Below, piece by piece: positions 1-9,600 of a DNA stretch of 64,000 nucleotides (position 1 is its first letter; every line of letters begins with the position of its first letter). The stretch is from Zancudomyces culisetae HAW-14-8 (taxonomy: Eukaryota; Fungi; Kickxellomycota): assembly GCA_052426225.1 (NCBI GenBank), contig JBNJNM010000008.1:2088387-2152386 (forward strand), written 5' to 3'. Below the pieces are notes generated by a model. That model saw nothing but the letters and a program-made list of their open reading frames with translations. It searched no databases and was not told where the DNA came from. A program made the translations under genes and the position numbers.

Positions 1-735
1 TTAAACAATTCCGGTATTCTTTTGAAATTAAAGATTTAAAATAAGTCCCAGGTGAGTTAACCAACAACCACACAATTATAAAACTAGAATTTGTGAAGTA
101 ATGTAAGCAAATGCCGATTTGTTACTTTGGGATTTTGATACGCTGGTTCACTTTTTGTACTGGGCTGATAAGAAATGAATTATAACCGGTTAAAATATTT
201 TTTTCCCAAAAACAATTCGCTTATTACAAAATCGTTACTAGGATGTCAATATATAACATAATTAATAAAAAAACGTCCACTATCAACGTAAAATTTTATC
301 TAATGCTGTGGGAGTATTCCAGTTTATTTAGATAACTACGGTAAGAATATTGTCTATTTTTACAATAATGTACAGAACTTGTATGGTAAAGATAAAAGAA
401 ATATTAGGATACTAAATAAATAACTTGCTTTTAGACCCTGGTTTAACAACTGCATAAACTATTGAATTTCAAAACGAGCAAACACGAAATAGCTAAAAAC
501 AATTTTGGTGTATGTCTTGATTACATTACACGTGTTAATATTACAAATCATTTGATCTTTCTGCCCACCTTAGAATTTATTCAATTACTTTGTTGTATGA
601 AATATACAAACAAATATGCTAAATTTCCCGGTGAATAAAACATCCCGAACATTAAAATAACAACATTATTACTGAAACTGGTATTGCTAACGCTAAATGT
701 GCTCATTCCTATTTAGTTTACTGGAAAAACATTGG

Positions 736-2640
736 TTAGTGCCAGATTTTCAAACGAGCAAGATCATCCGTTTTATTTTCGGCTGTAAAAATGTTCTCAA
801 ATGAACTGAAAAACAGATTGGAAAGAGTTTCAAAATCGTCAGATGTGTTAAAATCCAAACTAATGTGGTTTTTTAAATGATTTTGCAGTACCAACCCGGA
901 TCCTATCTTTATGGAGTGTTTTGACTTGTAGATGTAAAATGGAATTACGTTTTCCTGCTCTGGAGTTGATTATTTGGCACTGTCATCTTGGTTGTTACCC
1001 ACAGTAGTGGTTTTTTTAAATACAGGCAAAGGATCTGATATTATTTCTATGTTTTTGTTTTCTTCAAACAAAAAATAAGAAAAATTCTCAGGTAAAGGTG
1101 TTGATAGTGTGGAGTTCATAGACGGGTCTATTTTATCTGCTGTTCCAGCTGTGCTCTTTGCTATGGAGCTAGGTGTTTTGACATCATAAGCGTATGTTGT
1201 TCTTGTCTTTCTATCAGACTCTCGATTTTTCTCATTTTCATTGACCAAAGTGATTATTCAGATATTGTGATAACCTGCGACTTCTTGTTTGAATTTATAA
1301 AATTTAAATCCAGTTGGCCATTGCCGTATTTTGATCCCGAATACACTTGTTCAAGTTGTGTTCTTGTTGTACTTGCATTGCTATCTATATTCTCGGTTTT
1401 ACCCGCTATACTTTTGTTGTCTTTTACCACTTCTGCTTTATCAGCTGATGCACCAATGGACTCATCGCTATTTCTCCTTTCTAGCGCATTCCCAGGTGTA
1501 ATCGAATTACCTGGGCTATATACGTTATCTGTAGCACTTTTTTTGTTTGATGAGTAGTCTACTTGGGTAATTCCTATATCCGCTACCGACTTATCTGGCT
1601 TGTAGTTTGACGAGTCGCCATTAAAACTGATGTTGGGAACATAAATTTTGTAGTCCATCGAAGTCATAAGTGGTTGTTCAATTGCGGCATAAGTATCTGT
1701 GTTGAGATCGTCAAAATTTGTATACAGCGCCCTGGTCTTTATCTGGTTGCTAATATATTCTGTACAAGTCTGAATATCGAATATTTCTGGGTTGAATGTT
1801 TTACTTTCTGGCTTGTAAATTCCACTAAAGCGGTTAGACAATATAATTTTTACTTTTCGTGAGGTTATACTTGGATACGAGGATAGATATACAGCCAAGC
1901 AGTTTTGATAAATCTCTATCTTCAAGACTAGTGTCTGTTGAAGCACCACTAATATCAGCTGATGATAGGAATCCTGTGATTATAAATGATCGATTAGAGT
2001 CTTCACACGGATTTCTTATGTACTGCACAGAGTTATATGGCTGGCATATCTCTTGGATTTTTTCATCTTTTCCAAATGCAGTAGGATGGGTATTGGTAGG
2101 GTTATGTGATTGTGATTGTGATTGTTTTACCTTGGCTTTACTTTTACTTGCAGCTGGTGAGCGGGATGTTGACTTTTTTCTTTTGGAGTCTTTACTCTCA
2201 CTTTTTCTAGGAGTACCAGCTGTTTTGTCTTGGATAGGTGGGGTGAAAAACGTAGGTTCTATAACGAGATCGTCAAGTTCAAATACATGGTTTGATGAAA
2301 CAGTTGATAAATCTATTCTTTCACCTGCAGATTGTGTTTGCAAGCTCAGTTCTGTAAAGTTGTAGAGATCCTCAAGCTTATATACAAAGGTTGGATATTT
2401 TATCAGTTTTTTTACATTCTGGGCCCACTCTTTTCGTTTATACAAGTCATTTGATGTACCTGTAGTATATTCATATTGAAAACTTGTTGGTAACACTAAT
2501 ATAGTACTTATCAAGGTAAGTTGAAACGCTCTCGTTTTAAAGTATACTGGTTAATTCGAAAACAATCATTTGCAATGACAAATAAGAAAAAGACTGTGTT
2601 TTTGGAAAGATGAAGCGTAAAAAAACACGATTACCCACAT
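736..2640 (-). pseudogene. Decayed gene for a Ser/Thr/Lys-rich protein of unknown family, possibly secreted
   Basis: Consecutive minus-strand ORFs 1834..2514, 1254..1949 and 970..1248 lie in shifting frames. The frame reads on past the TAA at 970 (K*STPEQENVIPFYIY...LKIWH*). A hydrophobic start MWVIVFFLRFIF is at 2640. No recognisable domain. Confidence 0.5.
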
Positions 2641-2921
2641 ATTTATAGTAGTTGTTCCTAAACTTAAGACATAGTTATTACATATCTAAAGCTTTTAAAA
2701 ACCAAAAAAATTATAAACCAGAATACATCAACATAGCAGAGAATTAACTATGTTTGGGTAAACCATGGTTAACTAGAAAGAATCGATAGTTAAGAAAATA
2801 TGTTATCTTAAGTTAGTCAGAACTTGGGTTTAATTTTTTTATGGATTAATAAATCAACCTATAATACAATTAATAATATGTTTAGTTGAATGAAATGAAA
2901 ACTTATTATTATTATGCGAAC

Positions 2922-3195
2922 ATCCAGATACAATTATGTGTGTACCAATCTTTATTATAAATCGAAAATTCTTTCCTAGATACTATTTTTATCGATTAAT
3001 CCATTACCTTAAAATTTGGTAAAAAATTAAATCGATAAAAAGAGTGTTTAAATTTAGAAACTTTATACGTAATGATGTGTGTAATGACAGACATCAATGT
3101 ATAATTTTTATAAAATAAGTAAAACTAACTAAATAAAATAAATTTAAACCATATATAAACTGATGTCCCCCGTTTCCTGATGAATCTTTACCATC
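2922..3195. repeat. DIRS 3' inverted terminal repeat (pairs with 7121..7394), with a unique terminal extension at 2875..2921
   Basis: atccagatacaattatgtgtgtacc...gaatctttaccatc is the reverse complement of 7121..7394. One mismatch noticed by eye. Confidence 0.95.
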
Positions 3196-3227
3196 GTTGA
3201 GCTAGGTATGGGTGGGAATTGGGTGGG

Positions 3228-3324
3228 ACATAATTGTATCTGGATGTTCGCATAATAATAATAAGTTTTCATTTCATTCAACTAAACATATTATTATGCT
3301 TCACTTATCCAGATACAATTATGT
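3228..3324. other. DIRS internal complementary region (ICR)
   Basis: 3228..3292 is the reverse complement of terminus 2875..2939. 3293..3324 is the reverse complement of terminus 7377..7408. The YR stop codon (NSEAT*) lies inside it. Confidence 0.95.
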
Positions 3325-6300
3325 AGCTTCAGAGTTCAAGATAAATTGAGTTAAATTTTCACGAGTTCTACGTGATAATTGATAATAAGTATCAAATATA
3401 CCTTTACTTGCCCAAAATCCTTGTGCAATAACATCGTCGTATGTCGCACCTAGCTTTGTAGCTCTAGTAGATCCTAATGCTCGAGCTTTTGGTAACTTTG
3501 CGCTTTCTGGCAACTGCAAGAGTGACATCAATGAATTAATATTTTTACTGATTCGTTGTGCCCCAATGTGTTTGTCATTATACTTTAAGTTGCGGATAAG
3601 GTAGTGCAATTGTACTCCATCGAGGATCGGATGGTTTGCAACACTCGGAAAAGTTGCAATGTGTTTTTTATATGCTCTGTATGTTACTACAGGACATAAT
3701 TTATAGTCGCTATGTGCGTGGATTATACTGACCTTTTCAATCGGATTTCCACTTCGCTTTTCTTTTGGTCCAACAATAACAAATTTAACATAATCTTTAT
3801 TGATTTCCGTCTTTGAATCATCGATTCGTTCTATGTCAGAAGGTCTCAAAAATTCACAAATTGCTAGCAACCAACAAAATTTAATTGTTAAATTTTGCTT
3901 GCTCATTTTAAAATTTGAACCAAAATTTTTAATATGTTCGATAATCGGATTAATATCGTAGTTAGGGTTGTTAAAAGATCGAACTGAAGTTGAATCGAGC
4001 TGTTTTAAATAATTAATCATCAAAATGTCGCTGCTATATGTTCGCCATTCAGCATTAATATCGATGATAGCAGACTTGTAGTTTTTTATAGTACCAACTT
4101 TTTAATTGTTACTAATACGATGTTCATCAAGGAAATTGATAACATCAACAACTGAAACGTTATTAATGTCAAGTTTTGCCGACTCTAACCACTGAATAAA
4201 CTTTACCTTGATGTTGTAATATTGTTTTTGTTTTGCCATATTTCGTTTGCCAGTTGTCATTAACGTGATAACTGAATCTTTTAAACCCGTTTTTTCAAGG
4301 CGTGCGCGCTTAATTTCCAAGCCGTAAGCGACCATGCTTTGTTTATCTGTGTCACTTGCTTTCCGCTTTTTGGATCCGGAATTATATGTGGAGCTAATAT
4401 CTTGATCGGTGGAGCTATTAGCATGCTCTTGAGGTCTGGATACCATGGTGCTGACCTCCAAAACGGTGTTATCAATGTCGCTGATACTTTGTCCTGTCTG
4501 ATCTTCTGTAGTGTTTTCTGTATCAGATTCCATGGTGGACAAAGGTATGGATTCGTCCAAATGCTCCAATGATGATTGAATGCATTCGTTTTTGCTGCTT
4601 CTGGTGTCCATTTCCAACTCACAAATGTTGGTAGTTTGTGGTTGTTGTTGTTGGCAAACATGTCCACATCGTGTGGACCAAACTGTTTCTGTATCTTCTG
4701 AAACATCTTGTCTGATAGTGACCACTCTGTTTGAGCTGTTAAACGTGATGGTGCATCCGCTGGATTCAGTATTGATGGTACATACTGAATCTGAACCCGA
4801 GTGCCATTGCTGATGCAATGTTTCCAAATTGCTTCCGAAATGTCCATCAGATTCACTGATTTGGTTCCCCCATGCTTCTTGATGTAGCTGATTGATGTGT
4901 TGTTGTCGCAATATACAACAACACTCTTTCCCTGAACCTGCGGCAGCTTCACTGCATACTGAATTGCTAATAATTCCTTCGCATTGATAGGGAGCTTCAT
5001 CTGTTGTCGTGTCCATGTCCCCGTATACTGATTGCTGTCTATCACTATCCCCCAGTGATTGTCGCTTGCATCCGTATATACTTCTATCTCTGGGATCTCC
5101 GGAAGAAAGCATAGACCATTCCATTGCTTCAGATGGTCCCTCCACCACGTCAGATTGTCCAGTGCGGGCTGATTCAGTGTTACTTGTGAACTCCAATCCG
5201 TGGTGCGTTTCAGAGTGTTGTTTTTGAGCTCTAACAACCTCCTGCTCATCAGTCGTCCTGGTCTGAGTGCTATATTCACTGCCTGCGTTTTGCCAATGAA
5301 TGATGCCAGATCCTTCAGTGTTGTACATCCTTTGTGTATCAACCTGGATGCCTCTCTCGCTAAATCTTTGAGTTTCTGTTTGGGTATCTTGAAACTCATC
5401 TGACGGCTGTTGATGTCCATCCCAAGATGCGTAATACATTGTTTGGGATGTATTGATGACTTTTCCTGGTTGATCAGGAATCCCAGTTTCACCAGTTTCT
5501 TGGATACCATGTTTGTGAACTTTAGACACTCTGTTTTTGTTGATCCTAAGATTAACAAATCGTCTAAGTAGCTCGACATTCGTATTCCGCGAGCTCTGGC
5601 CCATTTCAGTACTGGTTTTAGTATTTTTGTGAATACTAGTGGGCTTAAAGATAGACCAAATGGGAGCACCCTGTACTGGTAGGTGCGACCGCCCCATGTA
5701 AACCTGAGATACTTTCTGGACGTTTTGTTGATCAATACGTGTAGAAATGCATCGCTGAGGTCTATGCTGGTCATATAATCCCCTTTGCGGATCATTCTGG
5801 AGATAGTTGTGAGCGACTCCATCTTGAAATGTCGCTGTGGGATGTACTGATTTAACGGTCTTAAATTCAGTACCATCCGCGTGCCTCCGTTCTTCTTTGG
5901 GATTGTAAACGGATTTGAGTAGAACCCTGGCTGCGCGGATGAAGCTTCCTCTATTGCTTTCTTTGACAGGAGGTTTGCTATCTCCTGTTCGACCACTTTT
6001 TCTGGAAGCTTTTTCAAGTTGTAACCGAACGGTTTTTTCTGCTTGACCGTCGGTGGATGCGTTTTGAAGGGGATTCTGAACCCTTCTGAGATCACTTGGA
6101 GTATCCATTTGTGATCTGTGAGGCGCATCCAAGCCTCCTGGAACATCCTCAGTCTCCCTCCTACTTTCGGTGTTTGCTGCTGTTTGCAAACCGAAAATTA
6201 CCGCCAGTAGCAGCGGATTTGTGTTGTCGTTGTTGTTGGATCTGCTGCGGCTCTGCTTGAACATTCTGGTTAACTGATGGCTGAAACGGAATGCTTGGGA

Positions 6301-7032
6301 AGGTCCTGGTTGCGTTGAATCTTGGTCTTCTCTGCTGCACATTTTTTGTTGCACGCTGCAATGTATTTGCAGCTGCTTTAACTTCGAGCATCTGCTGTAT
6401 GTCCACGAGAGGCTTCTTTGATGATGAAGCCATTTCTGGAGGATCTGATGGTACTCCTGAGGCTTTGTATGACAGTTTGATTCTTTGTTACGTGATATTG
6501 GATGCAACATCCGCAAGTAAAACTCTGATTGAGTTGATAAAAACTGAAAGTTTTTCGGCACTGACTGCACCTCCGTCACGGATTGCTTCGTGCATGAAGT
6601 AATCCAAAGGTCTTGTAACGGCTGATAAACGGTACTGGATGTCATATAACATCGCATCAGTACGTTTATTGTCACCTGATAACTTGATGTTTTCCTCTGG
6701 TGGTTCATAATCCATGCCAGAGTTTCTTGGGATGGCTGCGTAAAACTTCTTGCGTTCGACATCTGCCAGTGGTGTCCAAAAGAAATCCTGTTCAACTGTT
6801 GGTAGCGCCTTTTGCAGTTTTGGATACATGACCAGGTCTGATGGTGTTGGTCTGGGAACCACGAAGTTTTCAACTGAATCATCGTCGACTGCATCAACGA
6901 TTGATGGAGCAGTGATGTTTGCTGAATCACTGATTTCTGATACTGACATCTGATCATTTGGTGCGGTTTTTTTTTCAAGAGCTGATAATCTCTCCAAAAT
7001 TTGTTGCAAAACTTCAACTGTAACGTTTGCAT
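3319..7032 (-). pseudogene. DIRS ORF3: long overlapping frame ending in a tyrosine recombinase, broken by one TAA at 4102-4104
   Basis: ORFs 4102..7032 and 3319..4023 are in the same frame (ISNN*KVGTIKNYKSAI; the second element has ALNWRLGTVKNYKSAI). YR motifs LRPSDIER, PKEK, LCPV, KARALGST, GFW, YYQL. Confidence 0.9.
4281..6146 (-). CDS. DIRS pol: reverse transcriptase + RNase H + dam-like adenine methyltransferase domain
   Basis: VGGRL..F...W just upstream of the ATG; IDLSDAF, LPFGL, YLDD (RT); YTDAS, INAKEL, CDN (RNase H); DVDMFA...NAF...YLCPPW (MT). Confidence 0.95.
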   Translation of the reverse strand: MFQEAWMRLTDHKWILQVISEGFRIPFKTHPPTVKQKKPFGYNLKKLPEKVVEQEIANLLSKKAIEEASSAQPGFYSNPFTIPKKNGGTRMVLNLRPLNQYIPQRHFKMESLTTISRMIRKGDYMTSIDLSDAFLHVLINKTSRKYLRFTWGGRTYQYRVLPFGLSLSPLVFTKILKPVLKWARARGIRMSSYLDDLLILGSTKTECLKFTNMVSKKLVKLGFLINQEKSSIHPKQCITHLGMDINSRQMSFKIPKQKLKDLAREASRLIHKGCTTLKDLASFIGKTQAVNIALRPGRLMSRRLLELKNNTLKRTTDWSSQVTLNQPALDNLTWWRDHLKQWNGLCFLPEIPEIEVYTDASDNHWGIVIDSNQYTGTWTRQQMKLPINAKELLAIQYAVKLPQVQGKSVVVYCDNNTSISYIKKHGGTKSVNLMDISEAIWKHCISNGTRVQIQYVPSILNPADAPSRLTAQTEWSLSDKMFQKIQKQFGPHDVDMFANNNNHKLPTFVSWKWTPEAAKTNAFNHHWSIWTNPYLCPPWNLIQKTLQKIRQDKVSATLITPFWRSAPWYPDLKSMLIAPPIKILAPHIIPDPKSGKQVTQINKAWSLTAWKLSAHALKKRV

Positions 7033-7042
7033 TTTGACTCAT
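6161..7042 (-). pseudogene. DIRS gag-like ORF1 with one in-frame TAA at 6488-6490
   Basis: ORFs 6488..7042 and 6161..6433 are in the same frame (ASNIT*QRIKLSYKASGV). Contains LYDIQYRLSAVTRPLD and is the first ORF of the element. Confidence 0.85.
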
Positions 7043-7120
7043 TATTGAAAATTTAACTAATGACTTTTATAAATACTATGTAATTTTTTATAAGCTGGTT
7101 GAGTACCTAGCGAAAGAAAA

Positions 7121-7408
7121 GATGGTAAAGATTCATCAGGAAACGGGGGACATCAGTTTATATATGGTTTAAATTTATTTTATTTAGTTAGTTTTACTTA
7201 TTTTATAAAAATTATACAGTGATGTCTGTCATTACACACATCATTACGTATAAAGTTTCTAAATTTAAACACTCTTTTTATCGATTTAATTTTTTACCAA
7301 ATTTTAAGGTAATGGATTAATCGATAAAAATAGTATCTAGGAAAGAATTTTCGATTTATAATAAAGATTGGTACACACATAATTGTATCTGGATAAGTGA
7401 AGCATAAT
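7121..7408. repeat. DIRS 5' inverted terminal repeat
   Basis: Reverse complement of 2922..3195, plus the terminal aagtgaagcataat that matches the ICR. Confidence 0.95.
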
Positions 7409-7690
7409 CAATTTTATAACTTTTTTTATAGTAACTCAAGAGTGATAATGTCCCACTAATCCCCATCCACAGCGTAAAGTAAAATATAAATTCAGACAAG
7501 TAAAAAGGTAGTTTTTCATTTTATTTGTTCGGTTTTTTTATTTAGTTTATATTTCTATTACGAATAATTCGCGGTAAAAGGTTAATGTAACAACAAAACG
7601 ATAATGAAAAGTATCACCCAGTTTATGAGTCACTTAAAAAGCTCTCTGTTAGAAGAATAATTAAATAAAACGACATAAAATTACATCAAA

Positions 7691-8934
7691 CTACCAATCG
7701 TGATAAAACCTTGCCGCATACTTCAAGAATTGTGATTTTGCAGTGCCAGGATCTCCAACCAGCAAAAAGTGCATTCCACAATGAATATTGAGTCCATCGG
7801 TACTCTGTTTACCCGTACCCCCAATCATGACCAAAAGCAACGCCAGCTTGACAATATACAATCCATATACCTGGGGGCATATCGCAGCCAAAATTCCATC
7901 CCTCCCTCTAATAGGTTTGTCCACATACTTGCTCCAATACATTTCAAAAAACAGTTTCATTTCTCGTGAAACAGAGTAGTTGTTTAAATGATCGTTATTG
8001 TTGTGTACAAAGATACTGCTTGCCAACATACATATACTTATATCAGGCCGCTGCCCAGGTATTACTGCCTTCCACCTTCTTAGCACTATTCCTACTATGG
8101 TTAATTGATCCCCTGACCTAGCTTTATCAACAAGATCATTTTGCAAAATTACAGCTATATTTCGAGGAATAGAGCCAAACACTTTTCTATCTGCCATCTC
8201 CTGTACCTTAATTTCTTGATAGTCAATACACGTATTGATGTTTCCATACTCTATTTATTTATTTTTCATAGAAGCGCACCTAGCAGTTACAGTTACAAGT
8301 CTTGAGATTGGAATGAATATCTTGCTATTAAATACATTAAACATTAGAACTTGCCAGAATCGTTGGTAACTTCAACCAAATTCCCATTACCACAGTCCAT
8401 ACATTTCATTGGTTTGGCTATATAATTGTACGACTCGATATCTGCCTCACTTTGCGTATACCGTTTACATTTGGTGCATTTGTAGAATCTAAAGGTTTCA
8501 AGAATTTTGTTTGCAACCATCCTAATAACAATACCATTAAAACTCAATAATTTCCCAATATCAACACTCGTGGGTACTTCGAATTTATCCAACCCGTCAA
8601 CTTTTGGTAACTTTTCTATTCTTACAAGCACATTTTCTTTTACCTTCCCCTCCCTCAGTCCATCGATTTCTTTATAAAGCTCTTCCTGCAACCCCAACAA
8701 CACTGACTCAATTTTTTTGATGTTCACCATTGGTTTTTTTAGTATTTTGTAGCCCATTATGGGTGAGAATTCAATCAGCAAGTGTATATCAATAAATACA
8801 CTATATGAAGTTTGTGTGAAATCATTCAAAATTATTTTGGTGAGATCATCGATATGCAATTCTCGTAGGTATGTTGTTATTTCTTTCTCGCTTAGATCGT
8901 TTCTGTCTCCCATGATGAACCTTGTATAATACAC
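7691..8934 (-). pseudogene. MCM9: MCM9-like helicase, N-terminal half only (ends just after Walker A); probable GC-AG intron 8251..8354
   Basis: MCM N-domain with CxxC...CxxC zinc finger, DYQEIKVQE, IPRNIAVILQNDLVD, ICPQVYGLYIVKLAL, LLVGDPGTAKSQFLKYAA. These resemble MCM9 most closely. No Walker B or arginine finger follows. Confidence 0.8.
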
Positions 8935-9600
8935 CTTGGTATCACCACTTCACTCAGAATTTAATTCGAACTTCAAAGATAAAATTAGGGAAAATAGGTA
9001 CAAAATCTGTTTTTAGCTTTTTATTTTGTATTTGCAGGAATTGTACATTTAATAATTTAATGGTTTATGTTATCGGAAATTTTCTACTGAAATTATCTAT
9101 TTCAGAGTACAAAATCAGTACAGATACAGAATTCTCAAGTATGTATTAGCTACAATCGAGCCCAACTTGTTATACAGACACACTTCCACATTTCAATGAC
9201 TCTTTAAATGAAAAAAATACGTTTTTTTAACAAGAACACAGAATTATAATGCTACGGGGAGCCGAGTTGACTTGATTACCACCTTGTAGATCAGTGAAAA
9301 TAGTGGAAGTTTTAATGCGTTATTTCAACTAAAAATACAGTTTGCCGTAATTACCTTTTTATTTACTGTTTGTACTTTCTTTTTGTAAATGTAATATTAT
9401 GGTTTATAGCTTATAATTGATTTTGGATATTAAAGCAACATCAGAAAACTAAAAGATAATAAAATAATTTAGATGTATCATGATATATTTATTTAATAAA
9501 CAAAAGTATGGTTCTATACTAAAAGATTATCAAAACTTATCTAGGAAATCAGTGAGTGAGCTTCAATACTAAATTCAACTTCTACCATAAGTCTATGAGA

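Larger units (their letters stand above)
2875..7408 (-). mobile_element. DIRS1-type tyrosine-recombinase retrotransposon, full length, two in-frame stops
   Basis: 274-bp inverted terminal repeats, an internal complementary region (ICR) matching both termini, and gag, RT-RNaseH-methyltransferase and overlapping tyrosine recombinase ORFs. Both ends abut (T)AAT. Confidence 0.97.

Noticed and set aside
736-2640. These ORFs as the missing MCM9 C-terminus split off by the DIRS insertion
   Set aside because: No Walker B, arginine finger or other MCM motif; the region has its own hydrophobic start.
4102-6490. In-frame TAA codons as evidence for stop-codon reassignment
   Set aside because: One aligns to Trp and the other probably to Gln, and many intact genes here end in TAA. 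Nonsense mutation is simpler.
1267-6953. Numerous short plus-strand ORFs (e.g. 1267..1557, 1859..2365, 4339..5403, 6291..6953)
   Set aside because: Antisense shadows of the minus-strand coding regions, with no motifs.
7447-7480. atgtcccactaatccccatccacagc as an older DIRS C-tract into which element 1 inserted
   Set aside because: Resembles the G4 complement, but flanking ICR/ITR homology could not be established by eye.
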